A stretch of DNA of 64,000 nt from Camelus dromedarius. Lineage: Eukaryota. Below are positions 1 to 14,569 of the stretch, in pieces. The notes under the pieces were generated by a model. It worked only from the letters and a program-made list of their open reading frames with translations, made no database searches and was not told where the DNA came from. How positions within the stretch are numbered: the stretch's first letter is position 1; each line of letters starts with the position of its first letter. Made by a program: the position numbers and the translations under genes. The stretch is taken from contig NC_087437.1 in NCBI RefSeq assembly GCF_036321535.1, positions 6,200,001-6,264,000 on the forward strand, given 5' to 3'.

Positions 1-3000
1 AGTTAAAAAAATGTTTACCAATGACACAAAATATTCTTATTGAAGGAAATTTAATTTTAGCTTAAATTTTAAAATATGTACTTCAAAGTGTACTTTTTAT
101 GAAACCATAGTCTACTACTACTAAACACATCATTTATTCTCAGAAACAAATTAAACAGACCAGAATCTGATTACATTTTATACTAATTCCTGTTATGTAA
201 CTTTCAAACATCAGGTTATATTCACTTTTGTGATATTTAAAGCCTAATAATTTAATGATTTATCCAATTTTAACTTATACTTTTAATCCATTCTGAACAT
301 TCTAAGGTACCACTGGAGATCATCACAGTGGTCTTGTTAAGTCAAATAGCAATTACACAGCTTTCAGTTTAGAGATGAAATTATTTTTAATTATTGAATA
401 TAGCATTTAAGGTACCATACTTATATGATTATGCTGCTCATTAAAGGGTTATTGAAAGCTAAAATGTAATTTTAATGACAGTTACCTATTTTTCTTTGCA
501 CATTTTATAGTTGACAGATTAGTCAAGAATGTCGGCTCTCTTCAAAATCTTTGCAGCTGCACACAAGTGTTTAGAAGAAGGAGAACTGGTCTGAACCCAC
601 TTAACTAACTTTTAAGTCTACTCTTTCTTCAAAATATACTTTAAGGTGTTTTTTTTTCATTAAACAAAAACCCTAAAATGGATTACAGTATTGGAAAATG
701 TTGCCAAATTCTATAGAAGAAAATAATCCAAAACACTTAAATGTTTAAGATCAACCTCGTTGAATATATTTTGTTAATTCTTGGAAAACATGGGTACCAT
801 AAGATAACTCAAACAACATATTTCATTTTCCTTTTTAAAAAATTAATGGTATTATCATAAAGAAATGAAAAAGATTTCAGGAAAAATAGTCTCTGCCTTG
901 CTAAGTGAAAATTTCCTACAACACATGTTATTTAACAGCTTGCAGACGTTTCCTGTGAAACGTTCCATAATCAGCATAGAATAAGTACTATATCATAGGT
1001 TTAAAATACGAGCTTTCCTTCTCCTTAAAACTAAAGATTATGATTACTTAAATATACAAAAATCTCACCTCTCACCAACAGAGTATCTCTTGCCCTCTGC
1101 TGATATTTATCATATCAACTGTAAAATATTTCAAAATTAAGACACTTCCAGTTTTTTAAACAACTAGGTTTTGCCATCAAAATATATTACAAAGGTTTTC
1201 TTCATTTTATACCTGTTTGGAAATGAATATATCACGTTGAATGTAACCTTCAAAGATGGTAATAAGGAAAAAAAGCAGTTTTACTTTCTCAAAAACATAC
1301 CGAATAAGGAATACAACTGTTTCTCTAAACGATATTAGAGAGAAGATTTCAGAGTTTGCTATACGGGGAAAAGGTAATAAAGTTTTGAAGTGGGAAAAAC
1401 TGCTTTGTTCCTTCAATCCTCTAGTTGAAATTAATTATAGCAAATGTTTATGAAAACATCTGTTCCTTACAGTTATAAATTCTTAATTTTAGTATGGATG
1501 ATCCCAGACTCTTATTTTGGAAGGAAACTATCTGACAATTGAAAGGTTTTCAAAAGAACAGACAGAATTTGTAATTCTAGAAAACTGTATACACAGGGTG
1601 CTATGTCCTGTATAGATTTTCATTTTTGTGTGTGAAATACTTGGAGGGGCTTAAAATTGGTATCTAGGAAAAATCAAAGACAAACACAAGGTCTCATTTT
1701 TCATTTAAGCTGTTATGCAATAAAAAACATATCTGTATCATGAGAAAAAATAACTAAGAATTAAAAACAAATGCTACTTTACTATCAATCTAATCTGGAG
1801 GTAAGTATAATAAACTAAGTATTAATTTTATCAGAGATTTTAGTTAGTCTAATATAGTCATGGAAAGGTGTGTGTGGTATTCCCCCAAAATAACAACAGA
1901 GGGTGCAAGAGAGTTTAATATGATGTGTTTAGTTGCTGTTCTGATTACTGAACCAAGTTGTCAACTGTAACTGTAACAAGGATGCATAGGTTATTTTCAA
2001 ATCTCTCTTTCTCACAACCACACACACACACATTATTAATTTCACACAAAGACCTTTAAATGATCAAACAGCACAAATACTTAAAAATGTTTTAAGACAA
2101 CAGTCTTTCACTTGGTTGAAAAGTAATTTAACAATAGACTAAATTTTAAAAAGACAATTGTGATTTTAAAGGTAGTTGATACTTAACGTAAACTAATCAA
2201 TAAAATAAACTGGATATATTTATTGAGTAATTTAAAATACATACATAAATTATATACAATATATAATACAAATTTTATATGTCACTATGTATATGCATAA
2301 CATTGTATAACATATATATTTATAGGGACAGTTCATCAATTACTTTTAACTGCTACAGTCTGAAATTTACATAACACATTCATTTCTCATTAGTTGGTAA
2401 GTAACTTTGTAAAATAAGTTCATAACATTCACAATTAAAGTAAGTTGGCTGGTTTGAAAAAAATATGCTCATAGCTATATTGTTTTTAATGAAGATACAA
2501 AGAGCATAGTATTTTCCATTAGTATTTCCCCAAATACATGTACCTAACTTACTAAGCCACTAATATGTATAATGGTGACTTAAATTTCAAAAATAGGATA
2601 AATTAAATTTGGACTCCTTTTCGGTGTTTACTGCAGTCATGTCTAGCTAAGGGCATTTACAGTATCTATCTGTGCATGTTGAAATCATGCTAAATGAAGG
2701 TTTACAATAGATTTCTATAGTGCTTTTCATGCACAAACATCTGCTTCATGAAGGGAGAACAAGATTTTAAACTAGGTTAGGTTAAAAACAGCTAGAATAA
2801 TGCTATAATTAAACACACCTACTTAACTGTGCCTTCACTTTACACATAAATAAATCAAGTTTAAAAGTATCATATCATACTAGGTATGAATTCTGAAAAG
2901 TACTACATAATAAAAAAAAGGTTGATCTCTGAATTTAGAGAAATGTCATCAAGTGTGTGTGATGAATATTTAATAGTAAGAGGGAGAAATATTTGGTTCA

Positions 3001-3642
3001 AACTAAGTTGAAAACAAAGCTATAGGTAGCCATATTTTAGCTGTGACAGGATAATATGGCATAAATGAATAGTGTGAACACCTAAAACCTTTTGTGTCTT
3101 TAAATGAATGAGGATTACTACTGAAATGTTTTAGATAAATTTAAAATCCCACTCAAAGTGAAGGATGCAAAAAAAGCTATCAATTAAGTACATTCATGTG
3201 TTGATACAGTTAAAGCAAAGCACAGTGAGTAACTCAGCATTGTCTATGAAGACAGTAGCCACAAAGGATATTTATTACCTCATTTCAGGAATCACGTAAA
3301 CAACAGTCTCCCTGGGCTAATTATTTATGCTAAAAATCTAGGACCACCTATTAGGTCTAAGAGCCAGTGCTCAAGTACACACAAGAAATTTGTTTACTTA
3401 ATAATTTTTCGTGTTCTCTTAATTATTGTTAATTTATCTATATTCTAATGATTTAAAGGCCATATTTAGTTCTCTAAATAATATTTTCAAGTTATTAACT
3501 TAGATAATGAAACTCAGATGTAAAACAAATACATAGGAGCAATTTTAAATAAATAACATTTCAAGTGTACAATTTTAATTTAGGAAGATAATACTTATTA
3601 ATTCCGTTAAATTATCAACAGAATTCTTCTTAAAAAGAAAGC

Positions 3643-6600
3643 AGAGTGACATCAGCAGAGTGGCAGAATATACAACTCCAAATTCTTATCCTCCCACAGA
3701 AATACAGAAAAACAAGAAGTTACTGTCAGAACCAACTATCTAATAGCTCTGGAAAATAGTCAAAGATTTACAAAAACCAAATGAACCAAGAAAAAGGCAA
3801 CCTGAAAGCTCTGTGGGGCTTTGACTTGCTTGCTCTGCCCTCTCCCTAGCCAGAGCGTCAGCCGTCCTGAAGAAGGAAGCGAGTTCCCAGAGGGGGAGAA
3901 CAGTACCTGGTTCCAGAGGGGGCAAAGCGGACTGTACGTGCACAGTATTGTGTAAATCAGTTCTAACTTTTTAGGAGCTACCTGAAGAACTGATATAAGA
4001 CATTTGTTTCTTTTTCATCTAACTTAAAAAAAAAAAAGGAAGAAAGAAAGAAAAAAAAAAAGAAGAAAGAAAAAAAAAAGAAGAAAGGAAAAAAAAGGAA
4101 GAAAGAAAAAAAAAAAAGGAAGAAAGGAAAAAAAAAAAAAGGTGGACATTGCTCTTGAACACACTGCAAGTCAATCTGAGAGCCAGCAGATGCCTGGGGC
4201 AAAAGGTTACAACTGAAACATAAAACAGACCGCCTACGGCCTGGGAGAAAAAGCTAGTGAGAGTTTCTTTGAGAAATCAGCACATTCAAAAGCACCCACG
4301 TATACAGGGGAATGTAAAAGGCCATGCACACGCCCAGAGCAAGATGCACCGTGATACAGAAACGGAGAAGACGAAAAGTTTCCACCTGAAGCTGACCACA
4401 AGGGCAAGTGCAAGCCTGGCTACATGAGGAAGGCTGCTGCAGCACAGAGCCAATCTGCAAAGACAAGGAGAGGTTCTGGGTTTTGTTGGTCTTTTAGCAA
4501 CTGGCATTCAAAAATCTCTGTCAAAATCCTAGATGAACACAATTTAAGAAATAAAGACTTCAGTGACTACATATGTCAAAGAGTAAGTATTTGCAAAAAT
4601 AAAAAAAAATTTCAGGAAAATAAACAAATTGACTGAAACAGTCTTCAAGAATATAAAAAACAGCAAACCCTAGAGAAGGGGATAATCTGATTTCTACAGT
4701 TACCAAATCATAATATTCCAATATCAAGTTGTCAACAAAACAATATCATGAAACATACAGAGAAACAGGAAGCATGGCTCAGCAGCTCATCAAAGAAACA
4801 AAAATAAATTGACAGAAACTATCCTTGAGAAATATAAAAACTGGATTTACTAGACAAATATTTTTAAACAACTGTCTTAAGGATGTTCAAAAAGGAAAAA
4901 CAAAAACATGGACCAAAAAAGGAAACAAATCATGCAGAGAATAAATTAACAGAATGAGACTATCAATAAAGAGGTAGAAATTAAAGAGGAAATAGAATTT
5001 CTGGAGCTGAAATATTCAATCACTGAACTGAAAAATTCACTAGAGAAGTTCAACAACAGGTGTGAGCAGGCAGAAGACAGAAATAACAAACCTGAACACA
5101 GGACAATTGAAATTATAAAGTCTGAGGAGCAAAAAGAGGGGGAAAAAATGAAGAAAAGTGAAAAGAGCCTAAGAGACCTGTGTGACACCATCAAGCACAT
5201 TAACATATGTATTATGAGAGTCTGAAAGATAGGAAAGAAGCAGAAAGAAAATCTGAAGAAATAATGGCTGAAAACTTCCCAAATTTGATGAAAGAAAAAA
5301 AAATTTACAAACCCAAGAAGTTAATTTAACTTTAGGTAGGATTAACTCAGAGACTTACAACCATTATAAGCAAACTGTTCAAAAACGAAAACAAAGAGAC
5401 AGTCCTAAAAGAAGCAATAAAGAAGTACTTTGTCACAACAGTGACAATAATTAAGTAACCCTCAGTAGATTAAAAGCAGATTCCTCATCAGATAATATGC
5501 AGGCCAAAAGAGCAGGATGATACATACATATTAAAGCGCTTTTTAAAAAAAGGCAATCAACCAGCAATCTTATCTCTATCAAAATACTCCTTTGAAAATT
5601 AGTGAGAAGTTAGGGCATTCCTAGAAACACAAAAAATGAGACGAGAAATGCTTTTAAAGGAAAGTTAACAGCAGTCTTTCAGATTGAAAGGAAAGAACAG
5701 TAGACAGTAACTCCAAGCTGTGGGAAGAAGTAAAGCTCTCTGCTAAAGGCAAATATGTGAGCACGTGTAAAGCCACTATTATGTATTTAAGCTTTGTAAT
5801 GTCACACTTTGATTCCTACAGGATATAAAAAATAAACAGAAAAAAATTATAAATCGCTACTACTGAGCAACAATGTATAAAAATGTAATTTATGATACAA
5901 CATAAAAAGGGAAAAGGACAGAGCAGTATGAAAGCAGATCTCTTCTACAGAATTAAGTTTGGTTATCAACTTGAAGTAGATTGTTAACAATTTAGAATTT
6001 ACATGTAATCTCTATGATAACCACAAAGAACATACCTAAAAAAAATTACACAGTAGGAATGAGAAGGGAACCCAAATGGTCACTACAAAAACAAACAAGC
6101 CAATGAAAAAACACTAATGGAGGAAATGAGAAGAAATAGGGTCTAAAAGATACAGAAAACAATAGCAAAATGGCAGAAATAAGTTCTTTCTTATCAGAAG
6201 TTACTTTAAATGTAACTGGATTAAAGTTTCCAAATAAAAGACAGAGATTAGCAAAAAAGGATTTAAAAAAACCCATGATGCAACTATATGCCGTCTACAA
6301 GAGACTCACTTAAGAACCAAAGTAAAAATATGGAAAAGATATTTCATATAAAAATAAACCAATAAAGAGATACTGTGGCTATACCAATATTAGACAAAAC
6401 AGACTTGAAGTCAAAAACTTTTTTTTTGACAAAGAAGGACCTTATATATTGATAAAAGTCAATCCATGAAGAAGATACAATGATTACAAACATATATGTA
6501 GCAAACAACAGAACATGAAAATATATGAAGCAAATATCAACAGAACTGAAGGGAGAGATAGAAGGTTCTACCATAAAAGTTGCCAGAACATCTAGACAGA

Positions 6601-6870
6601 AGATCAGTAAGGAAACAGAGGACTTGAACAAGACTGTAAACCAACTAGACCTAACAGACATACACACAACACTCCAGCAGACAACAATAGAATATGCAAT
6701 CTTCTCAGATGCACATGGAACATTCTCTAGGACATCCCATATGTTAAGCCATAAAACAAGTCTCAATATATTTAAAAAGACAAATCATGCAAAATATCTC
6801 CTCTGACTGCAATGGAATAAAGAGAGAAGTCAATTACTGAAGGAAAACTGGAAAATTCTCAAGTATAAGA
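3643..6870 (+). mobile_element. Old L1M-type LINE-1: 5' UTR, decayed ORF1 and start of ORF2 (endonuclease); 3' part missing
   Basis: ORF1-like sequence at 4950-5700. ORF2 starts near 6170 with TLNVTGL and LQETHL-like motifs. ORF 6525-6806 (KETEDLNKTVNQLDLTDI...AHGTFSR) is L1 endonuclease. Confidence 0.9.
4026..4140 (+). repeat. Pure-purine compound repeat, roughly (A8-12 GGAAGAAAG)n
   Basis: About 115 nt containing only A and G, inside the L1 5' UTR. Confidence 0.95.
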
Positions 6871-7074
6871 CATGTGTATCTAAAGAAGGAAAGACAGACA
6901 GATATATAAATAAGTGGGTAGGGTCTGTATGAAGACAAGAGTGGTTGTAAATTTTAAGAAAAAAAAATGCTGCCAATGATCTCTGATTAAACTTTAATTT
7001 CCAGGAAAAAAACACTTAATGAACTGGTAAAATTAAACTGTCACATTCTTTGTAATGAAATTGTGAAGTAGAAG

Positions 7075-7310
7075 CATTATAGCAATGGGATTAAAAGCTA
7101 CAGCTCAGGCAGGATGCACCTGAGTACATGCTCCACCATTTACTTACCCTGTTACTTAATTGTTCAATAGCTCAGTTTCCTCATCTATAAAATGAGGATG
7201 GTAACAGTTTCCACCACAAAGCGTGGTTAGGACGATTAGGTAAGTGCAAATAAAGAGCTTAGTACAGCATATGGTACAATATAAGTCCTCAATAAATGTT
7301 AGTATCATTT
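7075..7310 (+). mobile_element. MIR SINE, near full length
   Basis: Core CTCAGTTTCCTCATCTATAAAATGAGGATG and 3' end CTCAATAAATGTTAG. Confidence 0.85.
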
Positions 7311-8149
7311 TTATGAATGTTTTAATCAGTGAATGTGTTTAAAATACTGGGTCCAGTGAAGGACTAAAAGTAGAAGTCTATTAGTTCTATGTAAAGAGAA
7401 TAACTTACTCATAATTTAAATAACTGAAAATTATCTCTTCTTAGTAATTAGAAAATAGTATTTCTGATAAAATGTATAATTAACAAAGGTTTATTCCATG
7501 AATTTTACAACACTGTGCAAGATTCGTGGTACACTTTTAACATCCTTCCTGATCATGATCATACCAAACACTGAATATGATATAAAGAGAGTGGAGAAAT
7601 AGCAGAATTAAATACAGTTAAGAGCCTTGAGATATAAAGCCATCTAATCCATGAGCTTAATCTATCAATCTATCAATTTATCTATTTAATTATCTATATC
7701 TTTTTGGTATTGATAAAATGTAGATAAATAAAGAACTAAAACTATAGTCAATCTAGTAATAAACTAAAACTATCAGTCATAGAATATTATACAGTATTAC
7801 ACACACATCAGAATAAAATGAGCTTTAAGAAGAATTCACTAATGATTCTGAGACTGAATGGAAACGAGGCCTAATTCCAAACGTAATCACAAGTGCAACT
7901 ACCCAACTTAGGTTAACATGTGATAACACACAAATGCAAGTATTTCTATTTATTATGATTGTCATTTCTGGGCATACTGTCACCTCTCCAGGCATTCTAT
8001 GGACTTAAAGCTGCCAGATGTCTCAGGAAGAAACAAAGTAGACCAAGAATCAATCAAATAAAGAGGATTCCAAGGCAAAATTAATCTCTCTGGGTCCCTA
8101 CCATCCACATCTACAGCAAAGAGGAAAAGGACCAGATGAGACCTAGCTC

Positions 8150-8312
8150 ATGAACATGCTGGGTGAACATCCAGATCACCTGGGGACAGGTATTGTGTGT
8201 GGTGTGTTTGTGGGAAAGAGATAGAAAAAAAGGATGAGACTGAGATAACTGGGTAGGGGTCCAGGATGCTCTATTTTTTAGAAGGTTTCCTAGATTACTG
8301 TGACAACCCAGA
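8150..8312. mobile_element. Probable MER5-like hAT-Charlie remnant
   Basis: CAGATCACCTGGGGA...GGGTAGGGGTCCAGGA..CTATTTTTTAGAAGG resembles MER5 motifs. Confidence 0.4.
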
Positions 8313-10149
8313 AGTCTTTCCCAGTACAAAATAAACTGTTACGGTGCTAAAAGTGACAATCTCTTGTTGAAGGCAATTTAATTTGCCCCAAATAGAATGT
8401 CATTTTTGCCATTATTTACAATGAACAATCAGTGCAGCATAATCTTTGATCACATTTTCCAACAGTAGTAGTGGACTGCTTTGAGCTATGCCAATTCTGA
8501 ACATGACCCTAATATGATCAGTCGCATTACTGGTTATTGGGAGAGGGTGAAGAATGGAGATGCCAAGCAGAACACTGCTATTTGGCCTGTGTGGTCCTCC
8601 TGTGGACCACTTGGGTCTCAAAAGCACCTTCCTACAAAAGAGTTACATAATGCCAATGCTTTAATTTAGACAACGACACAGTTACAGGAAGCAGATAAAC
8701 AACAAAATAAATTTTAAAAAGAGCTTCCTCAGAAGTAAATGTGGACAAAGAATATCTGAAAATATTTCTTTAAAACTTGGAGAAAGAGTATCACGGCCAA
8801 GGATGATTATTATGTGATTTGCCCTTTGACACACTTTTTCTCTTAACAAAAATACAAATAATAATTTGGTTTAAATTTTGACTGATATTTTTAGATTTGC
8901 TACTAGTTTTACACAAGTTTTAATGAAAAATCTCACATCTACATACAAACAAACAAACAGAAATACAGTAGCTTTACAAAGAGAATCTAACTGATACCCG
9001 TGGAACTCTAAACCTGACATTAAATTACCTGTTCAGTGACCAAATAATATAGCAAAAATAATGTACGTATTATTTACTAAATAAAATAGAGTACACCTGC
9101 TATTCAAGTCCTACTTCATTTTCTATAAACTTTTCACAAAATAACCACAGAATGTGTATTAATTATTCTTTCTTCAATATATAAAAAAAGGAAGTATCTT
9201 TTTCTACAATACAGGTATCTTTGAGCAACTCTCATTTTCACCATTGATTACAATCAATGCTAGAACCTTTAAGATTGTTTAACATCAAATGGACAAGACT
9301 TCATAAAATGTAAAGACACCATTAACCCCAAGTACTTAACTTTAGACAGTTAATATTAAATATCTCCCTTTTGGTATAAAAAAATTAAAGTGGGAACTAG
9401 TTGAAGCATATAAATTACTATCCAAAAACTAGGGCCAATCATCCCATTTATGGCTGTAAAATGATAGCTAACTGAATAACTTCTTATATCAAAAATCTAC
9501 CTAAAAAACATAATGAGCATTTTAACTATAAAGGCCTAAGACTCAGATGAAGAACCAAGTGTGAATATTCTCAGACATATCTTTAGTTTTAAAAACGATT
9601 TACTGAACTAAATTACATTAAAATATAGTAATATAAAATCCTCAAATACAATATCAAAAATGTTCAAGTGTTTACATTTCTGTCAAATAAAAATATTCAT
9701 AAGTATTTAAATTGATCCATAAAAATGTTTTATTTCATAAATTATTTTGTTGACATTAAACAATTGTTGTGTAGTGTCAAGTGTAGAATCACTAAAACAT
9801 GATTTTTAAAGAAAAATTCTAAATATATAAATTGGTTTCTATTTATCATCCTATGATAAAAGCCTAATGATTTATTAGTAGAGATAATTTTTTAAACCTA
9901 ATAACTAAAAACATGTTAAAAAAAAGGTGACTCCTTTAAATTTGCTATGAATGTGTAACATACAAAACTCAAATATCTTTTTAGAGTATTAAAAATACCA
10001 TTTAAAGTAGTTATTTATTAAGCATTTTATCCAAACCAACAAATTTAGTTATCCAGACAAATGGTAAATGGGCCTAGTTAACAAACACATTTACATACTA
10101 ATTCAAACTTCTAGTCATGCACTTGGATCATGTGATAGCTTTTCTAATT

Positions 10150-11290
10150 TTTTTATTTTCAGTAATCATCTATTAAACACCTCCTGTATTTTAGCACTAG
10201 GATATAGTAGAAAGCAATCCAAACCCATCCCTGACATCCTAGAGCTGAAAGTTCAGCAGAGGAGACGGACGGTCAAAGCGTTGTACAATGACAACTTTCA
10301 AAACTATTACAGAAGAAAGTCACACAGCTTACTGCACAATGACATATGAGAGAGGAGGGGTCATGGACCAAAAAGAACATGAAGAGCACTCCACTAGAGG
10401 TCTGCATGCACCAAGAGTCTTCGACGGTCATGCCAAAAATTCTGGAAGATGAACAGGAAGTCAGTGAAAGAAGGGTTTTAAGAAGTAGAACACGATAACG
10501 TCTGCAGCTTTTAAAAGAGCACTTGAACTTCAGGGAGGAAGCAATTTGAAGGTGGGTGTAGGGGGAAGAAGAGTGGATCGGGGGAGACTGAATAAGAAGC
10601 CTGCATACTCCAAGGTAAAAAATGATGACAGAAGAGCCGTACTGATGATTCTGTTCTTATGCCATCTAAAGTATAGCAGTTTACCATTTTTAAAGCTCAC
10701 TGATACATCTGCTGAGAGGCTACTGTGTGCCACGCACTGTTCTAGGATGGGGCGGGGGCAGGGGGAAAAACAAGAAAAGACATTTATAACAAATAAATTG
10801 AGATAATCATAAAAGCTGAAAAAGAAAATACAACAGAAGAATGTGATGTTCAGTCACTGGGAGAGGGTGCTCTCTGCAGGGAGAGGTCATTTCTGACAAG
10901 ATTCTACTTACAAGAAAAAACATAGCCATGAGAACATCTACGGGAAAGGGCACACCGTGCAAATGTCCTACAGCAGAAATGGGCGTGTGTGTGTGTGTGT
11001 GTGTGTGTTGGGGGGGCCAGGGAGGCTGGAGGGCTGGGAGGAGAGAAATAGGAGACAGGTCTGTGGAACAAGTAGGCGCCACAGAACTTGGGGTTTTCTA
11101 GGGAAGAAGTCTAGATTTTATACATATAATGAGAAGCCACCATAAAGTTTCCAAATGATGAAAAAGATATCTATTTCATGTTTGGATTATTTGAGCTGCC
11201 ACGTGAAGATTAGACTGGAGGGGAGGGGCAAGATCAAAGCTAAGAGATCAGCTAGCGTCTGGATCTGATAAAATAGAGACAATGGCATAA
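10150..11290 (-). mobile_element. L2 LINE fragments
   Basis: CTACTGTGTGCCACGCACTGTTCTAGG and GGGAAAGGGCACACCGTGCAAATGTCC match reverse-complemented L2 3' sequence. A (GT)12 repeat lies at about 10985-11008. Confidence 0.65.
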
Positions 11291-11554
11291 TTAATTAATG
11301 CTAAGACACTCTAAACGAGGATCTGAAAATTGAAATCTTTCAAAATAATTTGAAATTATTTCCATGGTAAGAAAATAAATAATTGTGTTCCTAATATTTT
11401 ATTTCCATATATAATTATCTTAATTTGATTATTAATAATTATTTATTTTATAAGCAGCTTTCTACACAGATCAGTAATTAACTTGGTTTCTAAATAAGAC
11501 TGACATCTGCATTACTCACAAAAATAGAGGAAACAGTAGGACAGCACATCATGG

Positions 11555-13165
11555 ATTACAGTAGGATTTCCAGTCCCATTCAACATGGAGGACCACTGCA
11601 AGCCTCTCTCTCCTGCTGACTACAACTAAAAACTCAGGGCAAAGTACAAAAAGCAACTTCTTGAGGGCTCTGAAAAGTAAACAACAGCAGGCATATTGGA
11701 TAAGGGAGTCAAAAATACAGTGGAGTGGCGGTGAGTTTTCTGTTTTATTTTTGTTTTTCCCCCTTTCATATCCTAGCTTTGAGCTCAGGTCAGGCTGAAT
11801 CTGAGAACTAAATGGTAGGTACAGAAAGCAAAAACCTCTACCCCATTTTTCTGGGACTGGGAAAACAAACTTTTCCCCTTCTTTCACTTCCAACCTTGTA
11901 GCAGGACCAGGACTCATCGTAGAACCATACTGCTACAGTGGGTGGCTGGTAACAGTAAGAAAGAAAGTTATCTTCCATAACAGGAAACCAGGAAGAGGGG
12001 GACCCTGTTGTATGAATAGTGAGTGGGGAATCCCCACTATGTTTTCTTTTCTAATCAATCACCTCAATTTGCCACAAAGTGGGCCCATTCATGTGGATCC
12101 GTCTCATGGCATGAGAGGCGAAACCCGTGATAGAACAAGCCAGAGTGTAGGGTTATCCTGGAAGAGGAAGCACAGGACAAGGGGACTGAACTGCCACAAA
12201 TTATGAATTCACACTTACACTGTGTCTTCTTGAAACACACTCAAAAAAGCACAACAAAAGCTGTAAGACTCAACCTCTGATATAAACCACAACCAAAGTC
12301 CTAGGCTAGGGCGCGGAGAGTCACATGCAAGGTGCAGACTCAAAAAGCAGAGAAAAGGCTTTGAAAGCTGAACTGACACTGGAACCACCACCCACAGAAG
12401 GTGAACCAAACCTTGTAGGCTGACCCTAATTGCGATGACTGCCTGTGAAAAGAAAAGGAAAAGAGAGAGGAAAGAAAGCAAAGAAGAAAGGAGAAGGGAA
12501 AAAAAAAAAGAGGAGACAGGAAGGGAAGACAAGATTTCTCCAGAGGGTTCAATAAGATACAGAGTTTCAAAGTAAAATCTTCAAAATGTTTAGGATACAC
12601 TCCAAAATTACTTGATATACCCAAGAATCAGGAAAATCTGGCCAACTCTCAAGGAATAATACAATTCACAGACGTCAACCCTGAGATGACCCAGATGCAC
12701 AAATCAACAAAGATTTAAAGAAGCTACCACCACTTTTCTACATAAGCTATAGTGCATAGACTCTTGAAATGAATGGAAAGATAGAACTTCACAGTGTTAA
12801 AAAAGGGAAACTATTAAAAATTAAAATTTTAAAGCTGTAAAGTACAGCATGTGAAATTTAAAAAATTTCTAATAAACTATAATGAAAAAAATAAAAAGGA
12901 ATATATATATATATATATATATACATAAAACATAATCATTTTGCTGTACACTTGAAACTAACACAATATTGTAAATCAACTATACCTCAATAAAAAAATT
13001 TTACTGGATGGGCTCAATAACCACATGGAGTTGAAAGAGGAACAAGTTAGTGAACTAGAAGATAGATCAATAGAAGTTATCCAAACTGCAGAAGTGAAAG
13101 ATTAAAAAAAAAAAAAAGAAAAAAAAAGAACAGAACCTCAGAGGACCACTATGGGACAATACGGA
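11555..13165 (+). mobile_element. Old L1 5' UTR plus N-terminal ORF1 remnant
   Basis: AATCAGGAAAAT...CCCTGAGATGACCCAGATG and ACTGGATGGGCTCAATAA...AGTGAACTAGAAGATAGATCAATAGAA are typical L1M ORF1 sequence. Confidence 0.8.
12869..13000 (+). mobile_element. Short 5'-truncated artiodactyl-type L1 3' end nested in the older L1, with a (TA)n repeat
   Basis: TTTGCTGTACACTTGAAACTAACACAATATTGTAAATCAACTATACCTCAATAAAA, flanked by an AAAAAATTT duplication. Confidence 0.85.
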
Positions 13166-13569
13166 CTCCTAGTAAATCTTCAAAATTCAACTATTTTATA
13201 AAACATTATTAGAATCACATTATATAAATTATCACTGTAACTATATTCTCACTAGTTGTATTCAAATACAGTTTCAGCATGAATAGTAAAAGTAAAGATT
13301 ATCTAAATGAAAAGTGAGATTATAATAGAATGTGGAAATCAACTTAACCTAGTCAGAATTCACTTGTCTTTCATTTCTTGGATATATTTTATTTTTCCAT
13401 TGTAAAAGAAATAAATGTACATTAAAAACTTGCACGTTTGAGATAAATTACTCAGACAAAACTAGCTAAAAAGACATAAAAAAAGAAAGAAAAAAGAAAA
13501 ATTAAAAGATTTTGAAAAAAGAAAGAAAAAAGAGGAAGAGAAAAATCTACCTACAATATAAGTAAATGC

Positions 13570-13855
13570 TGAAAAATATTTGTTTTTTCCTATAAAATTG
13601 AAAACACACACAATATAAATATTTTTGTGTTATTTCATATATTTTAAGTGTAAGCACATCTGCCATGTTATCTTAAAAAAATTTTACAACAAAATTTTAA
13701 ATGGCTGCATAATACAGGATTCAATGAATGTTGTATAATTTATTTAAACCATTCAATAAATATTTTCATGTTTAAAACAGTTAGCTATTCTATATAATAT
13801 TATGATAAATGTCTTTGTGCATAAATCTTTACCTGGATGCCTTAGGATACAAAAT
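13570..13855 (-). mobile_element. Highly decayed L1ME-like 3' fragment
   Basis: TTTTAAATGGCTGCATAATA...TATAATTTATTTAAACCATTC...TGTGCATAAATCTTT. Confidence 0.5.
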
Positions 13856-14321
13856 AAATTAGTTGATTGAAAGGTATTTTAAAAATTACAAAATTAATAC
13901 AAATTGACAAAAATTATAAAACTAGTACATGATTATTGTGGAAAACTTTCAAATGCAAAGTCATACAAGTAAAAAAATAATAAGCCACAAATAATTCTAC
14001 CACTGTTAGTACTTTGACAGATTTCCTCAAATTTTTAACAAAATACATTATATATATTCTCTAATTTGAATATAATAGTATTTGGTTTAGCACTATTTTA
14101 AAACAACTTTCAGTAGCTGCACTGAATTTTAAACAATACTAATCTTTATGGCACAGGCCAAAACAATTACAAACCACCAACAAATAAATATATTCCGACT
14201 GCTGCTCACCCTAAAGTATCCTTTACAGAACTGTCCATGTAAGAAATAACTTGACTGAAAGTCAGTGCCTAAAAGATGAACACCTGTCATTTTGTGAACC
14301 TAGATTTATTTATTAAAGAAC

Positions 14322-14515
14322 ACTGATTGTTCCCCCAAATCTATTTTCCCCTTTTCCTTGGGCATGTGGCTACCCAGTTACAGACTACATTTCACAGGTC
14401 CTTTATTCCTAGATCTAGCCCTGTATGCACAAGTGATAAAGGCAAATTCTATTTCAATTGTCTAAAAGAGTCCTGATACCTTATATTAAACTTCTTTTTT
14501 TCTTCATGGACTAGA
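14322..14515 (+). mobile_element. MLT1-type MaLR LTR fragment
   Basis: TTCCTTGGGCATGTGGCTACCCAG...GACTACATTTC...CCTAGATCTAGCC. Confidence 0.5.
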
Positions 14516-14569
14516 ACAATGGTCAATAACAAAGGCTAAAACAGGCGTGAAGAGTAGCTATCAATAAAG

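Noticed and set aside
8412..8669. Opposing ORFs and a possible acceptor TTTTGTAG near 8632
   Set aside because: The peptides do not match TBC1D5 or any protein I recognise, and in-phase splicing stops after 4 codons.
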